A DNA stretch of 64,000 nucleotides. Origin: Octopus sinensis. Lineage: Eukaryota. Below are positions 40,040 through 53,909 of the stretch, piece after piece. The DNA lies in contig NC_043002.1 in assembly GCF_006345805.1 (NCBI RefSeq), forward strand, positions 13,020,001-13,084,000, in the 5' to 3' direction. The notes under the pieces were generated by a model. The model had not been told where the DNA came from, did no database searches, and saw only the letters and a list, made by a program, of their open reading frames with translations. A program made the position numbers and the translations under genes. Every line of letters starts with the position of its first letter. Positions within the stretch are counted from its first letter, which is position 1.

Positions 40040-40237
40040 GGTATTCAGGTGATATCGATCGTGAACCGCAGGAGACGTTTTCAGGATATTCACAGGTGAA
40101 GTTGGTCGTCGAGAAGAAAAGGCCTTCAGGACATTTCTGCAGACCCATTGAGGTGGAATTGAAGCAGTTTATAAACTGAGCACAATTACGGGCATCTGGA
40201 TTGTTGCCATTTGGGTTTCTTGCACATCGGGGATCAT
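40040..40237 (-). CDS. Gene B exon 2: CBM14 domain 2 (not in ORF track)
   Basis: Acceptor tttcttcgttctcaaAG at 40239-40238. 198 nt open in phase 1: (N)DPRCARNPNGNNPDARNCAQFINCFNSTSMGLQKCPEGLFFSTTNFTCEYPENVSCGSRSISPEY. Spacing C-x13-C-x5-C-x10-C-x12-C-x7-C. Donor C|GTAAGT at 40039. Confidence 0.88.
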
Positions 40238-40292
40238 CTTTGAGAACGAAGAAATATCATTATTATTATTGTTGTTGTTATTATTATTATTA

Positions 40293-40336
<44 letters not shown>

Positions 40337-40804
40337 CATTATTATTATTATTTCTATTATATTGTTATAATGACCATTATTATTTACTGGCTGATTCTGT
40401 GGATATTCCGAGATCTAATTGAAGACAACAACAAGAAATAATAAGAAATATAAGCTTTTAAAAGTGTGTGTGTGTGTGTGTCTGTGTCTGTATGTGTGTG
40501 TGTGTGCTTGCGCGCATGTGGGTGTATGTATACAGGACTTAAATAAAAATAATGGTAATAATGAACTTATGGTATCCAGTGCTCAGGTGCACAACATTTA
40601 TTAAAAAAAAAAGTAGCCAAAACTGTATGAACAGTACATAGAATATGTACAGGATGTGAACAGTGAATATGTCTTTTAAAAAAAGAGTAAGAAGAAGAAA
40701 CGGGTCTGGGGGCATCCCGTGTAATGTTGGTGAATTTTTGGAATCGTGAAAGTTTGGAAAGATGCTGTGTCTCGACAGCTAACAATTGATGGTGGGAGTT
40801 TATC

Positions 40805-41040
40805 CCTATTTCTTTACTGCCCACAAGGGGCTAAACACAGAGGGTACAAACAAGGACAGACAAACGGATAACGTCGATTATATCGACCCCAGTGCGTAAC
40901 TGCTACTTAATTTGTCGACCCCGAAAGGATGAAAGGCAAAGTCGACCTCGGCGGAATTTGAACTCAGAACGTAACGGCAGACGAAATACGGCTACCTATT
41001 TCACTCGGCGTGCTAACGTTTCTTTCAGCTCGCCGCCTTA
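40805..41040 (-). mobile_element. SINE family A in gene B intron 1
   Basis: Full body and head. Confidence 0.85.
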
Positions 41041-41641
41041 TTTATTCCATGCTTCAGCAATTTTAATATATGTAAAGCCTAATGACATGTTTACAGGACC
41101 ATAAAATATAACAATTAATGTAACAAATGATTTAAACTAATGAAATGTAATATTCTACTCATTCATTATGTGTGTGTGTGTGGCACTCCGTCGGTTACGA
41201 CGACGAGGGTTCTAGTTGATCCGATCAACGGAATAGCCTGCTCGTGAAATTAAAGGGCAAGTGGCTGAACACTCCACAGACACATGTACCCTTAACATAG
41301 TTCTCAGGGAGATTCAGCGTGACAGGTACAACAGAAACAGGAAGAAAGAGTGAGAGAAAGTTGTGGTGAAAGAGTACAGCAGGGTTCACCACCATCCCCT
41401 GCCGGAGCATCGTGGAGCTTTAGGTGTTTCCGCTCAATATACACTCACAACGCCCGGTCTCAAAATCGATGACCAATGGCAAGGGGAGATAATCACACAT
41501 TGCTTAGATTTATTGAGAAGCATTTTCCCCTCCATACTTTGAAGAGGTCTTAGTCCAGTAGTGTCTGGGGTCTGAAGACAAGCCGTAAAGCTAAAACTGT
41601 TATGAGCGGGAAACCCAGAGTAAACCTATAAACTGGCCCCG

Positions 41642-41704
<63 letters not shown>

Positions 41705-41783
41705 GAGGCGCAATTGTCCAGTGGTTATGGCAGCGAACTCGCGGTCGTATGATTGCGGCTTCGATTATTATTATTATTATTAT

Positions 41784-42329
41784 TGAGTGGGAGAGCAGTT
41801 CATGCCATCAAAGTGACACTGGGGTAAAATATACGAAGCCCAATATACCCATCATGACTACCCGTCTGATAAGGGTACACTAGGCACATGCATCACAACC
41901 ATATGTGCGCGACATGGTGATCTCATATCAAGATAAACAGCGCATGACCTTGCAGGTGGGGGCCCAGGTAGAATTTTCTTCAGGTTGAGTAGCCCATCCC
42001 GCTCAAAAGGTCCTGAATAAGGGTTGTTTAAGGATATTGAAAAAACCACCCATGTTTCCGGAGGTGAATTATTCAAACCCCAAAGAATCCCTCTCAACAC
42101 ATGACTATGATGCTCCCCCACTACTTCTGCTCGTGATCAGAGATGCACATATCGTCAGCCACTAAGAGACATGCTCAACTGGTTAAGGTCAAACAACTGA
42201 CAAGCAAATCTGTGGTATTGAGCAGAATATTTGCTGTAGCCCATCTTTTATACCAAGACAAAACAATGTACATGATAACACTTCCAATCAGTTAAGATCA
42301 GAAGCCATGAGAGCCACTGCCTGGTACTG

Positions 42330-42333
<4 letters not shown>
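41784..42333 (-). mobile_element. Family E element in gene B intron 1
   Basis: Matches 12941-13498; (TTA)n on both sides. Confidence 0.85.
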
Positions 42334-42377
<44 letters not shown>

Positions 42378-42378
42378 G

Positions 42379-42436
<58 letters not shown>

Positions 42437-42531
42437 TCACTGCCTGGAATCGAACTCGGAAACTTGGAGTTAGTAGTGGTGTAGTGGTTAAGAGCGCGGG
42501 TTACAAACCCCAAGACTCCAGGTAGTGACCA

Positions 42532-42600
<69 letters not shown>

Positions 42601-42738
42601 GAAGAAGAAGAAGAGAAGAAGAAGAAGAAGAAGAAGAAGAAGAAGAAGAAGAAGAAGAAGAAGAAGAAGAAGAAGAAGAAGAAGAAGAAGAAGAAGAATC
42701 ACATTGAAATGAGAACCCAGGTACGAAATTTCCCACAA

Positions 42739-42784
42739 GACACCTGATGAAGGCTGGAGGGGATATCGGCCGAAACGTTGTGTT
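42739..42784 (+). ncRNA. Minimal type-I hammerhead motif
   Basis: gacac-CTGATGA-a-ggctg...cggcc-GAAA-CG-TT-gtgtt: 5-bp stem I, 5-bp stem II, ACGT palindrome, GUU triplet, extra A after A9. Confidence 0.7.
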
Positions 42785-43071
42785 AACAACAAACAAGATG
42801 AGGGCAAATATACGTCAAATGTAAATAATGTAAATAATGCACATAATTCCTCATCTCGTAAATATAGAACTCTAATGTATACTGTATGACGTATTACCCT
42901 CCTTCGTCTTGTTAAACAAAACGAATTTCGATCCTTGAAAGATGAAAATTCACAGATACAACGACGCACATAATTATGTGGTTCTGTGGTAAGAAGCTTG
43001 CTTCCCATCCATATGGTTCCGAGCTCAGTCTCACGGCGTGGCACCTTAGGCAAGTGTCTAGATATATATAT

Positions 43072-43139
<68 letters not shown>

Positions 43140-43766
43140 CATAGACAAACAGACAGATAGATATATAAGCTTACTTGGAAATGGATGCCTGGCGATCAAT
43201 CATATAATAACACAAATAGTATATATATATATGCATATATGCATACATATATGTGTATATATGTATGCGTATATGGGTACACGGCGTCACAAAACGTAGA
43301 CAACATGAAATGCGAAATACGAAATATATATATATATGTGTGTGTATGCATGCATGTATGTATGTAAGTATGTATATACACGAGGGGCTTCTTTCAGTTT
43401 CCGTTTTCCGAATCCATTCACAGGGCTTTGATGAGCCCGAAGCTATGTAACAGAAGACATTTACCCAAGGTTCCATGCTGTGTGATTGAACCGGGAACCA
43501 TGTGGTTTTAGAAACAAACTTACCACACGGCCACTCCTTCACTTCGCCGATTTAAACGATATAATTATATCGCACTGCAGAAGATGTGGCCGTGTGCATA
43601 GATACAACCATAAATCTATACAGAGGTAGCGACCCTGTGTATGGATACATGTGAGATAGAAATTATGGTACATACATGACAAAGAACATAACTGATGTAT
43701 TATCAAGAAGAGATACCAAAATCAGCAATGGAGAAAAATCGGTATATAAAGAAATTCTCTACTCAC

Positions 43767-44079
43767 TGACGACAAAAAGCTTGATCCGTTTCCCACAATT
43801 GTCAAAATGACTTCCTTTCGGTACACAAGAGTAATTGTCCTGTCCTATCACTAAACCTTTCTTCGGACATGAAATGGTCTGCACAAGTTTACCGAATACA
43901 CACAAATGGGACACACTGCAGTTACGAGGGTCAGCCTGCCAACTGAATCCTGACGATGGACATTTGAAATCAGTGTCTTGACCACTGCAACAGTAATTGT
44001 TCAGGCTTATTACGATGGCTACAAATGACAGGCTGATGCTGCGGAAGCCGAGGAGGTGTCCGAATTGGTAGTTATGCAT
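43767..44079 (-). CDS. Gene B exon 1: signal peptide plus CBM14 domain 1
   Basis: ATG at 44079 (the ORF track starts at an upstream GTG). MHNYQFGHLLGFRSISLSFVAIVISLNNYCCSG leader. C-x13-C-x5-C-x10-C-x13-C-x9-C. Donor A|GTGAGT at 43766 (104 codons + 1 nt, phase 1). Confidence 0.88.
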
Positions 44080-45497
44080 TGGCACTATTTATTTCCTTCG
44101 GTCTTCCAAAAGACTGGTTCCTCTCGCTTGCTATGATTCTTATCCAACAAGGAAACCGTTTTCCTGCTGCTATATTTGTAGGGAAGGGCCAGCCTGCGTG
44201 TGTAGTTGTAATTCATGAGTGTACGTATATTTGTATGTATGTTCGTGTGTATGTGTCACATATGTATAGAAGCTGTATAATGTGATTGCACTACCCTTTG
44301 TATCTATATATGCGTGTGTACGTGCGTGTGTTTTGTGTATAAATATATGTATACATATATCCACGTATATATATATATATATGTATAAATACGCACGCAC
44401 ATATCATGCATAGATATATATATATATATATGCATATATATGTATAAGTATATATGTGTGTGTATGTGTATATATATATATGTATATATATACATATATA
44501 TATATGTGTGTATTATGTATATATAAATACATATGTATATATATATATACATACATATGTATACATGCATGTATATATGTATATGTGTATATATATGTAT
44601 ATATATATGTATATATATATGTATACATATATATATATACATATATATACATATATATATGTATATATATATATATATATATAATTTACAAGTATTTGCT
44701 AAAAGTACATTTATATATGGGTGATCATGCATATGTCAACGAGTGTTCGAGGCCCACCTGTGTGTGTGTGAGAGCGCGCGCGCGTGTTGTACGTGTAAGA
44801 ATATATGTGTTACTATCATCATAACAGTAATGATGATCCAATCATCTTTACTGCAGTTGTTCGATGTTGTTGTTGTTGTTGCTGTTGATGTTGTGAATAC
44901 TGACATTAGACTTCTGGAAGATGAAAGAAGAGTGAAGACAGGTAGGATGGAGGTATGGAGGCGTGGTGTATACACAATGGCAAGTAAAGGTTAAATTAAC
45001 AGGAACATGAAGAATGTCTCAGACTGTGATAATATTATTAGTTAGCTTACCATTAAGGAACCGAGGCTTTAAGATCTATGAAAAAGATACAGACCGATGT
45101 AGAGAATGAAGACAGCATTGTTTAATTTCACTAAATCGTAATTAAATTACATACGTTACGTGTTTGGTTTAGTGGCGTGAGCTTATATATATATATATAT
45201 TCCTATATATATGTATGCATATATGTATTTATAAACACATATACACTTACAAAAAGACACACCACGCATATGTATATATATACACACACAGAACTATATA
45301 TAATCAAACAGATAGATATACATATATTTGCATGCCTGTAATTATATACACGCACATCTATATACGCATCTTTGTCTATTTATCTTTCAATATATCTATT
45401 TTAATCGATGAACCTACCCCCTTTCTTTCTTTCCTCTCTCTCTCTATATATATATATACACACACACACACATACTCACATGTGTATATATATATAT

Positions 45498-45529
<32 letters not shown>

Positions 45530-45550
45530 ATATATATATAAATACATATG

Positions 45551-45581
<31 letters not shown>

Positions 45582-45649
45582 AATACATGTGTGCATGTGT
45601 GTGTGGGTGTATACGTAAATATCGAGGATCCCTTCGGACACCAAAGACC

Positions 45650-45935
45650 ATGGGATCATAACTAGAATGTTCCCCTCCGAGGCACAAGTCCGGGCAAGGG
45701 TGTTTATGGAAGACCAGCAGTCGCCTATGCATACCAGCCTCTGCCCATCCACGTCACCGATGTTATCTAAAAGGAAGGCAAAGACCGATACAGCTTTCTA
45801 CCAATGGCCTCGCAACACTTTTCTGCAGCCGAGTGAACTGGAAGAACGTGAAATAAAGTGTCTTGTTCAAGAACACAGTACACAGCCAAGTCCGAGAATC
45901 GAGCTCACCGCCTCATGATTGCAAGCCATCCGCCT
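45650..45935 (-). mobile_element. SINE family D
   Basis: Homologous to 2200-2505. Confidence 0.7.
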
Positions 45936-46336
45936 TCACATATAGATAGATTGCTTAATGTGTTCAAGTATATTTGTATTTATGTTTCTATGAAAATGTT
46001 TGTGTGTGGACGAGGGTTTCCATTTGTGTATTTCTCTGCGGATGTGAATATGTGCAGATGTATGCTGGGATTAAGAGTGGATAAGCACTTTAAACCCAGT
46101 GAAACAAGCTATTAGACTAACATGACAGGGTCTTCCATTCATTGGGCTTCTCAAGAGCAGCAAATTGAGCCATCCTGTTTCTGAGCGAAGCAGCAGAGAA
46201 AGCGACTCAGTGACTTGAAATTAAGATGGTTCATACCTGGATTCATACAGCAATTTTGATTGTAATAACAGTTATTACTAGTAATAACTGTTTTCAGCTT
46301 TTCAGTCTCCTTTCCCCAAAGCCATTGCGCAATTGA

Positions 46337-46560
46337 TAAGGCGGCGAACTGGCAGTATCGTCAGCACGCCGGGCGAAATGCTTAGCGGTATTTCCTCTGC
46401 CGTTGCGTTCTGAGTTCAAATTCCGCCGAGGTCGACTTTGCCTTTCATCCTTTCGGGATCGATTAAATAAGTACCAGTTACGCACTGGGGTCAATATAAT
46501 CGACTTAATCCCTTTGTCTGTCCCCTCTATGTTTATCTCCCTGTGGGCAATACAGAAATA
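46337..46560 (+). mobile_element. SINE family A
   Basis: aaggcggcgaactggcag head through gtgggcaatacagaaata tail. Confidence 0.85.
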
Positions 46561-47172
46561 ATTTTGACCGTTTGATAAACCTCAAGTGGGTTATCCAGAC
46601 GAATGTCTCTTATGTTAAAAGATCTAAAACACCCAATGATCCCAGAGCATATCATTGATGTTATTTTCACACTATTTCCAGGAATCTAGTCTTGCACACA
46701 AAGACTTAACACAATCCCATGCATTAATTACTAATAAAGATCGACTCCCAAACGCAAAGTGCACTTCGGCAGAATTTGAACTCAGAACATACGAAACACC
46801 GCTAAATAATTTGCTCAGTGTGCTAACGACTCCGCCAGCTTGTCGCTTTAGCTTTTCTTACTAGAAATAACAGCTTTCAGATTTTCAATATCCAGTTGTT
46901 GTTTTTCCCCACCAAAGCCATTGCGCAATTCACAATGACGCCAATTGTATCATAATTGACCACTAAAATTTATATTAAAATTATGATTTTAAAAGTGTGA
47001 AAAGCAGAACTTTCTAAATATAGTGTTTTCTTCATCCACTAATCCGAAATACGTTAGAAGAGAGGAATGTCATTGCACGGTAATAAAATGAAATTATGTT
47101 TATCTTACGATACGTCATAACGGATATGTTATCTATTAAATAAGAAAGTAAATTATGATAATAATATATTAT

Positions 47173-47514
47173 TATTGTTGTATTTAGGAGCGGTCATTTT
47201 GCCAGTTTAGCCAATAAAAACACACGCACTATATATTTGGTGTTACTTTACTTCAGCGTTATTTAATTTTTACATTAATCTTAATCTTATACAAAATGGA
47301 TGACGATTAGTAAGGAGTGACACACAAATAAGAAAGAAGAAAGCAAAGGACCATTGATGCGGTCGCAGGAATGTGACGAAAGAACTCTGGTCGAAATAAA
47401 TTAAGATTAATGTAAAAAATAAATATGGCTGAAGCAATGTAACACCAAATATATATAGTGCGTGTGTTTTTATTGGATAAACTGGCAAAATGACCATTCC
47501 TAAATACAACAATA
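47173..47514. mobile_element. MITE-like element with about 115-bp terminal inverted repeats
   Basis: tattgttgtatttagga..ggtcattttgccagttta.ccaataaaaacacacgcac...ttttacattaatcttaat on the left and its reverse complement on the right; about 110-bp spacer; no ORF. Confidence 0.85.
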
Positions 47515-48014
47515 TATGTTTCATCACACGATTTCACATCAAAAATCTTGCAAAACAAATATATATTATTATTATTATAAATACTAAAATTATTTCATAG
47601 ATTGCATACATTACAGTCTAAATGGATTTTCTTTCATGAGTATTTAGTTATTCTATCAACTGAATTACTTGCTCAATTAATTAGCATCTAAGTGGTTGAG
47701 TATCCCTGATGCATATGCACCCTTAACGTAAGCTACAGACTGAATGTGTAACATAATCTGTGTAACATAATCTGTAATAAGACTGTATCTTTGAATTATA
47801 AGCAAAAGTCTATTCTCATACACGATTTCACCCAAGGTTTAGCTCGAGCAGAAGCTAAAGCAAAAAAAAAAAGAAAAAAATAAGAGTGAAATGTTACAGA
47901 GCCGGATTGAACCTAAGACCTCGGGATTGCAAAGTAGACTTATTAACCAACCATTCAGCCATACTACGTTCGTTACTATCACATTCATAACCAAAACTTA
48001 ATCGTCTACGAAAA

Positions 48015-48270
48015 CTAAATAAATGCGCCCTTTTAAAGCCGAGCCAGGCTCATGGGCCCGGTTTCCCGGTTTCTATGGCGTATGTGTTCCCCAGCTGGAC
48101 GGGACGCCAGTCCATTGCAGCGTTACTCATTTTTGCCAGCTGAGTGGACTGGAGCAACGTGAAATGAAGTGTTTTGCTCAATAACACAACGCGTCGCCCG
48201 GTCCTGGAATCGAAACCACAATCTTACGATCATGATGCTGACACCCTAACCACCAAGCCACGCGCCTCCA
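48015..48270 (-). mobile_element. SINE family C
   Basis: Near-identical to 50223-50480. Confidence 0.85.
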
Positions 48271-48275
48271 CACAT

Positions 48276-48316
<41 letters not shown>

Positions 48317-48334
48317 ATATATATATATATATAT

Positions 48335-49400
<1,066 letters not shown>

Positions 49401-50044
49401 ATACATATATACATATATTTACGCCTGTGCCTATGTATATTTATATGTGTGTGAGAGTAAATATAACTTCTTTTAAGCGGTATATAGGGTGATATTCAAT
49501 TGATGCTGGATTGGCTGGTTTTTGTTCGTTTGTAGTTCGAAGTGAAGATAATAACCGCCCTCTATAGATTATCCAAAAGTGCTATTTGATAAGATTTTTG
49601 TTTCTACCCAAGAATATTACTGGTTATCGTTAGTACTGCAGTCATCTAGCTTTGGGTTAGCTTTTATCTCACAGTTCTATGGTCAAAACCATTGCAACAG
49701 TAATCATCAGTCCGATGTATTTTTACGAACAAAAGCGCATAAATTGCTCTTGATTTAGAATTTCGCTTAAGTGCGAATACCTGACGGAATTAGATATATT
49801 TTCACGATACAGAAAAGGAGGCACCATTATTGAAATTTTTTCGTTAAATGAACTTGAAGAAACATGAGCAACTTGCAATATAAAATATATTTCTTAATTA
49901 AAAATGGAGTCCAAAATTTATAAGTAAATTATGTTATATATCCTTATCCTCGGGAGTTTCTGATTAAATTATCTGCTTCTAAATGACAATTACACATAAT
50001 TATGGTTTTCTGGAACTAATATATACTCATTTATATTCAAAGCT

Positions 50045-50680
50045 TATATTGGCTCGCCAGATAAATTCATTCGTTTCTTTCCAATATTATTTGAATTAAT
50101 GCGAGAAATATTTTTATCGTAGTTTTTATGGTTTTGTTTATCTATTTTATCTATTTATACATTTGTTTATTATTTATTCATTATAGCACTTTTCATTCTC
50201 TACAACTTTTGTTTATCATCTTAATAAAATAAATAAATGCGCCCTTTTAAAGCCTAGCCAGGCTCATGGGCCCAGTTTCCTGGTTTCTATGGCGTATGTG
50301 TTCCCCAGCTGGACGGGACGCCAGTCCATCGCAGCGTTACTCATTTTTGCCAGCTGATTGGACCGGAGCAACGTGAAATGAAGTGTTTTGCTCAAGAACA
50401 CAACGCATCAGTCGGTCCAGGAATCGAAACCACAATCTTACGATCATGATGCTGGCACCCTAACCACTAAGCCACGCGCCTCATCTTTAGAGCCATTATA
50501 TTGGATCACCAGATAAATTCATTTGTTTCTTTCCAATGTTATTTCAATTAATACGAGAAATATTTTCATCGTAGTTTTATGGTTTTGTTTATTTATTTTA
50601 TTTATTTATATATTTGTTTATTATTTAATTTTATTATAGCACTTTCCTTTCTCTACAACTTTTGCTTATCATCTTAGCAA
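50045..50680. repeat. Diverged about 180-bp direct repeat with a family C SINE (50223-50480, -) between the copies
   Basis: 50045-50222 versus about 50496-50675; tcatctt on both sides of the SINE. Confidence 0.75.
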
Positions 50681-50779
50681 TTTTAATAAATTTTACCCCT
50701 TTTCAGGCATGTGGCGATGCAGTGCCACGCAGATAAAAACTAGCTTTTCCAATACCTGCTTCTATTCCCTTTCACTCAA

Positions 50780-51430
50780 GTTTCCAAAGCTGACAAAGCC
50801 GCTCAAATCCTTTGTGCTGTGTACGGAGTAGGTCCTATTAATGAAACACAGCGCACAGAAATTTATGTACGGAGTAGGTCCTATTAATGAAACACAGCGC
50901 ACAGAAATTTTGTTTTCACGTTTCAAGACGAGAAGATTCAACATCACAATGTCTTCGAGTTTTGGTCGACCTGTTCAGTCCAATAAGGATCGATTGAAGA
51001 AATTCATCCAAGAGGATCCGCCCCAATCCACTTAGGAATTGAACCAGTAGATGGGATATTCTCGTAATACTCTCAACCGTCACCTCCATTCGATGTCCAA
51101 GGTACAGAAACTTGGTCACGTGTAGCTAATTCAAGCAAAAATGCTATTCAAGAGTTCAGATGGGGACGTCCACCATATCCACCGTATTCTTCTAATGTAA
51201 CGCCCTTACATTATTACCTTTATCACCCGCTTTCCAACAGTCTTCGTGGCGTTTTATTCAACAGCGATATGGAAACGAAAATGTGGCCCAATGAATTCTT
51301 GGAGTCAAGAATCAGTAATTTCTACTGTCAAAGCATTACCAAGCGAGTGGAACATTGACAAGAAGTCATAAATAATGAAGGAAAATATATTATTGATAAA
51401 ATTGTTGTTAGAAAATAATAATTGAAATTA
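50780..51430 (+). mobile_element. Internally deleted, degenerate mariner transposase
   Basis: FSRFK...GRP...LKKFIQEDPPQST...LNRHLHSM.KVQKLG (HTH) followed by a YPPYSSNVTPLHYYL C-terminal motif; about 45-bp tandem duplication at 50821-50910. Confidence 0.75.
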
Positions 51431-51832
51431 ATGGGGGAAAAAAGCGAACAGAATTTATGTGAAAGCCCAGGCCGAATATTTTTACCCTTTTTTTTTTACA
51501 ATAAAGTATATTTATAAAATCACTGGTATTACTAAATTTATTTGAACTTCGTTAAAATTGACGCAGTATGATTAATCTCTATATATAATAATGGTTTCAA
51601 ATTTTGGCACAGGGCCAAAATTTCAGGGGAGGGTGTAAGTCGATTAAATCGACACTAGTGCGCAGTTGGTACTTATTTTATCGACCCCAATGATTTATAA
51701 AGATCTAATTATTAATGTGGAAAAATTATCAGAAAGGTCATTTCTATTCTTTTTTTCAAATATATAATACTCTACCAAGGACTTCCTATTTCTTATTCTA
51801 CACATTCTCGCTCTCTCACACTCTCTCTCTCA

Positions 51833-51863
<31 letters not shown>

Positions 51864-53069
51864 TCTGTATATATATATATGTATATATAGGTGTGGGCGT
51901 GGCTGTATGGTAAGAAGCTAGCTTCCGAACCACATGGTTCCGGATTCAGTCCCCCTGCTATAGACTCGGGCAGACCAAAGCCTTGTGAGTGGATTTGCTA
52001 GACGGAAACTAATCATCCACACACGCACACATTACAGACGCACTAACGTACACACGTATAGAACCACACGTCGATGTCACTAGCCCTTCCACACACACAC
52101 AATAATAGCCCGGTCTCACGTCATTTCCGCCCTATCGGTCATTCATTACAACACCTGTCTGTATCTAGATTGTCTTTGCACAGAAGCCATCCGGACTCCC
52201 ACCCTCGCCGTGAATAGGAATTAATATTCTGTCTTCGCTCCTTTGTGTCATATGGGCTCAACTCCCCTCCTCTCTTCATCTGAGCCCCCTCCTCTCCTCT
52301 ATTCATCTGACACCTACTTCCTTTCTTCACTCTTACCCACCTTTCCTCTCCTCTTTTGCTCTGACACATACTTCCTCTCTTCACTCCTACCCACCTTCTC
52401 TCTTCATTGATATCCCTTTCATCCACATCACACCTCCATACCCCACCCCACATGTCGCACACTTACATACCCTACCCCTACTCCACACCTCCATCCCCAT
52501 ATTCTCACCTCCACATCCTCACCCCACATCAACACCCCGCCCACACATCCCCACACTCCACACCACATACCACCATATTACCACACCACATCACACCACG
52601 TCACCCCACTCCACCCACAATAGCACTGACCACTTCCCAGCACCCATACCACAGACCGTCATCCGCACACCTACGCACCATCATCCACACACCCACACAT
52701 TACAGACGCACACAATTACACACGCACACATCCACATGTCAAAGTCACTAGACTATATCTACACACTCTCACATGCACACACGCACGCACATCTTCGTCT
52801 TGAGATAACCAGTACTTTATCATCTCCCCTTCTTCCGGGATCTCCTGTCAAACTATTTTTCCCAGCCAGCCGCTAACTCCACAAGCAGTAATGCATACAT
52901 AAACGGTAATACATACATAAGCATTGGAATTGATAAATCAATAAATGCCTCCCCTTAACCACTAATACTCATAACTGTTCAATTCAACGTTATATGCTTC
53001 TAAAACTCACTGATACAAGCGACATATGGCCCCTTACAGCATATATCTATTGTTTACCTTTTTACTGTG

Positions 53070-53410
53070 AAGGGGCATGGCTCAGTGGTTAGGGCTTTGA
53101 ACTTACGACCATGAGCTTGTGAGTTCGAATCCTGGACCTGGCAGCGTGTTGTGTTCTTGAGCAAGGCACTTTATTTCACGCTGGTCCAGTTCACTCAACC
53201 GTACAAATGGGTTGCGACATCACTTGTGCCAAGCTGTATCGGTCTTTGGCTTTCCCTTGGACAACATCAGTGGTGTGGAGCAAGGAGGCTGGTATGCATG
53301 GGCGGCTGGTGGTTTTCCATAAACAACCTTGCCCGGACTTGTGCCTCGGAGGGTAACTTTCTAGGTGCAATTCCATGGTCATTTCTTACCGAAAGGGTGT
53401 CTCCGACCTT
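53070..53410 (+). mobile_element. SINE family D
   Basis: tRNA head ggcatggctcagtggttag...gagttcgaatcc; homologous to 2200 and 45650 copies. Confidence 0.75.
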
Positions 53411-53909
53411 TTTCCGACAGCGAGTAACGGTTTCTTAATGGCCAGCCATCTGTTTTTGAAAATTGACTGACCAATAGTCAGTCATTTGACTGACCAATAG
53501 ACAGACTCTTACTGTCCAGTCCAGTCTTACTCCAGACCTGGGATTGTTTCAGGTATACTGCCTACTTATAATAATTAATAAAATGCATAGGAAATCAATC
53601 AATAGTAAATTATAGTCAACTGTTATTGTTTAGTTCTATAACTACTGGTATTTCTAATTATATTTCTTACTTTTTACTTTATTTTTTGACTTAGCCAATT
53701 TGCTCATTTAGTTATTATATATTAACCCACACCTCACCACCCCCAGTATATTGGAATTTACCACTTGATATTATAGGTACGCCTTATTCTATTTCTAAAT
53801 TCCAACCGGTCGAATGTTTCACAGTGGTTCCGCATGTAGCACCGATTGATTATCACCGTCTCACTTTCTCTTTTTTCTTCTTTTTCTTCGTGCTTATATT
53901 TACTTTTCC

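Noticed and set aside
41560-41605. Hammerhead at CTGAAGA-caagc-cgtaaa-gct-aaaac
   Set aside because: G12 absent, no closing pair, no stem I; too decayed to call
47890-47965. tRNA gene
   Set aside because: Only a degenerate A/B-box head without proper cloverleaf stems; SINE-derived
52407-52751. His/Pro-rich ORF as a histidine-rich beak-type protein
   Set aside because: No signal peptide, no Gly-His repeats; composition follows from CA-rich low-complexity DNA
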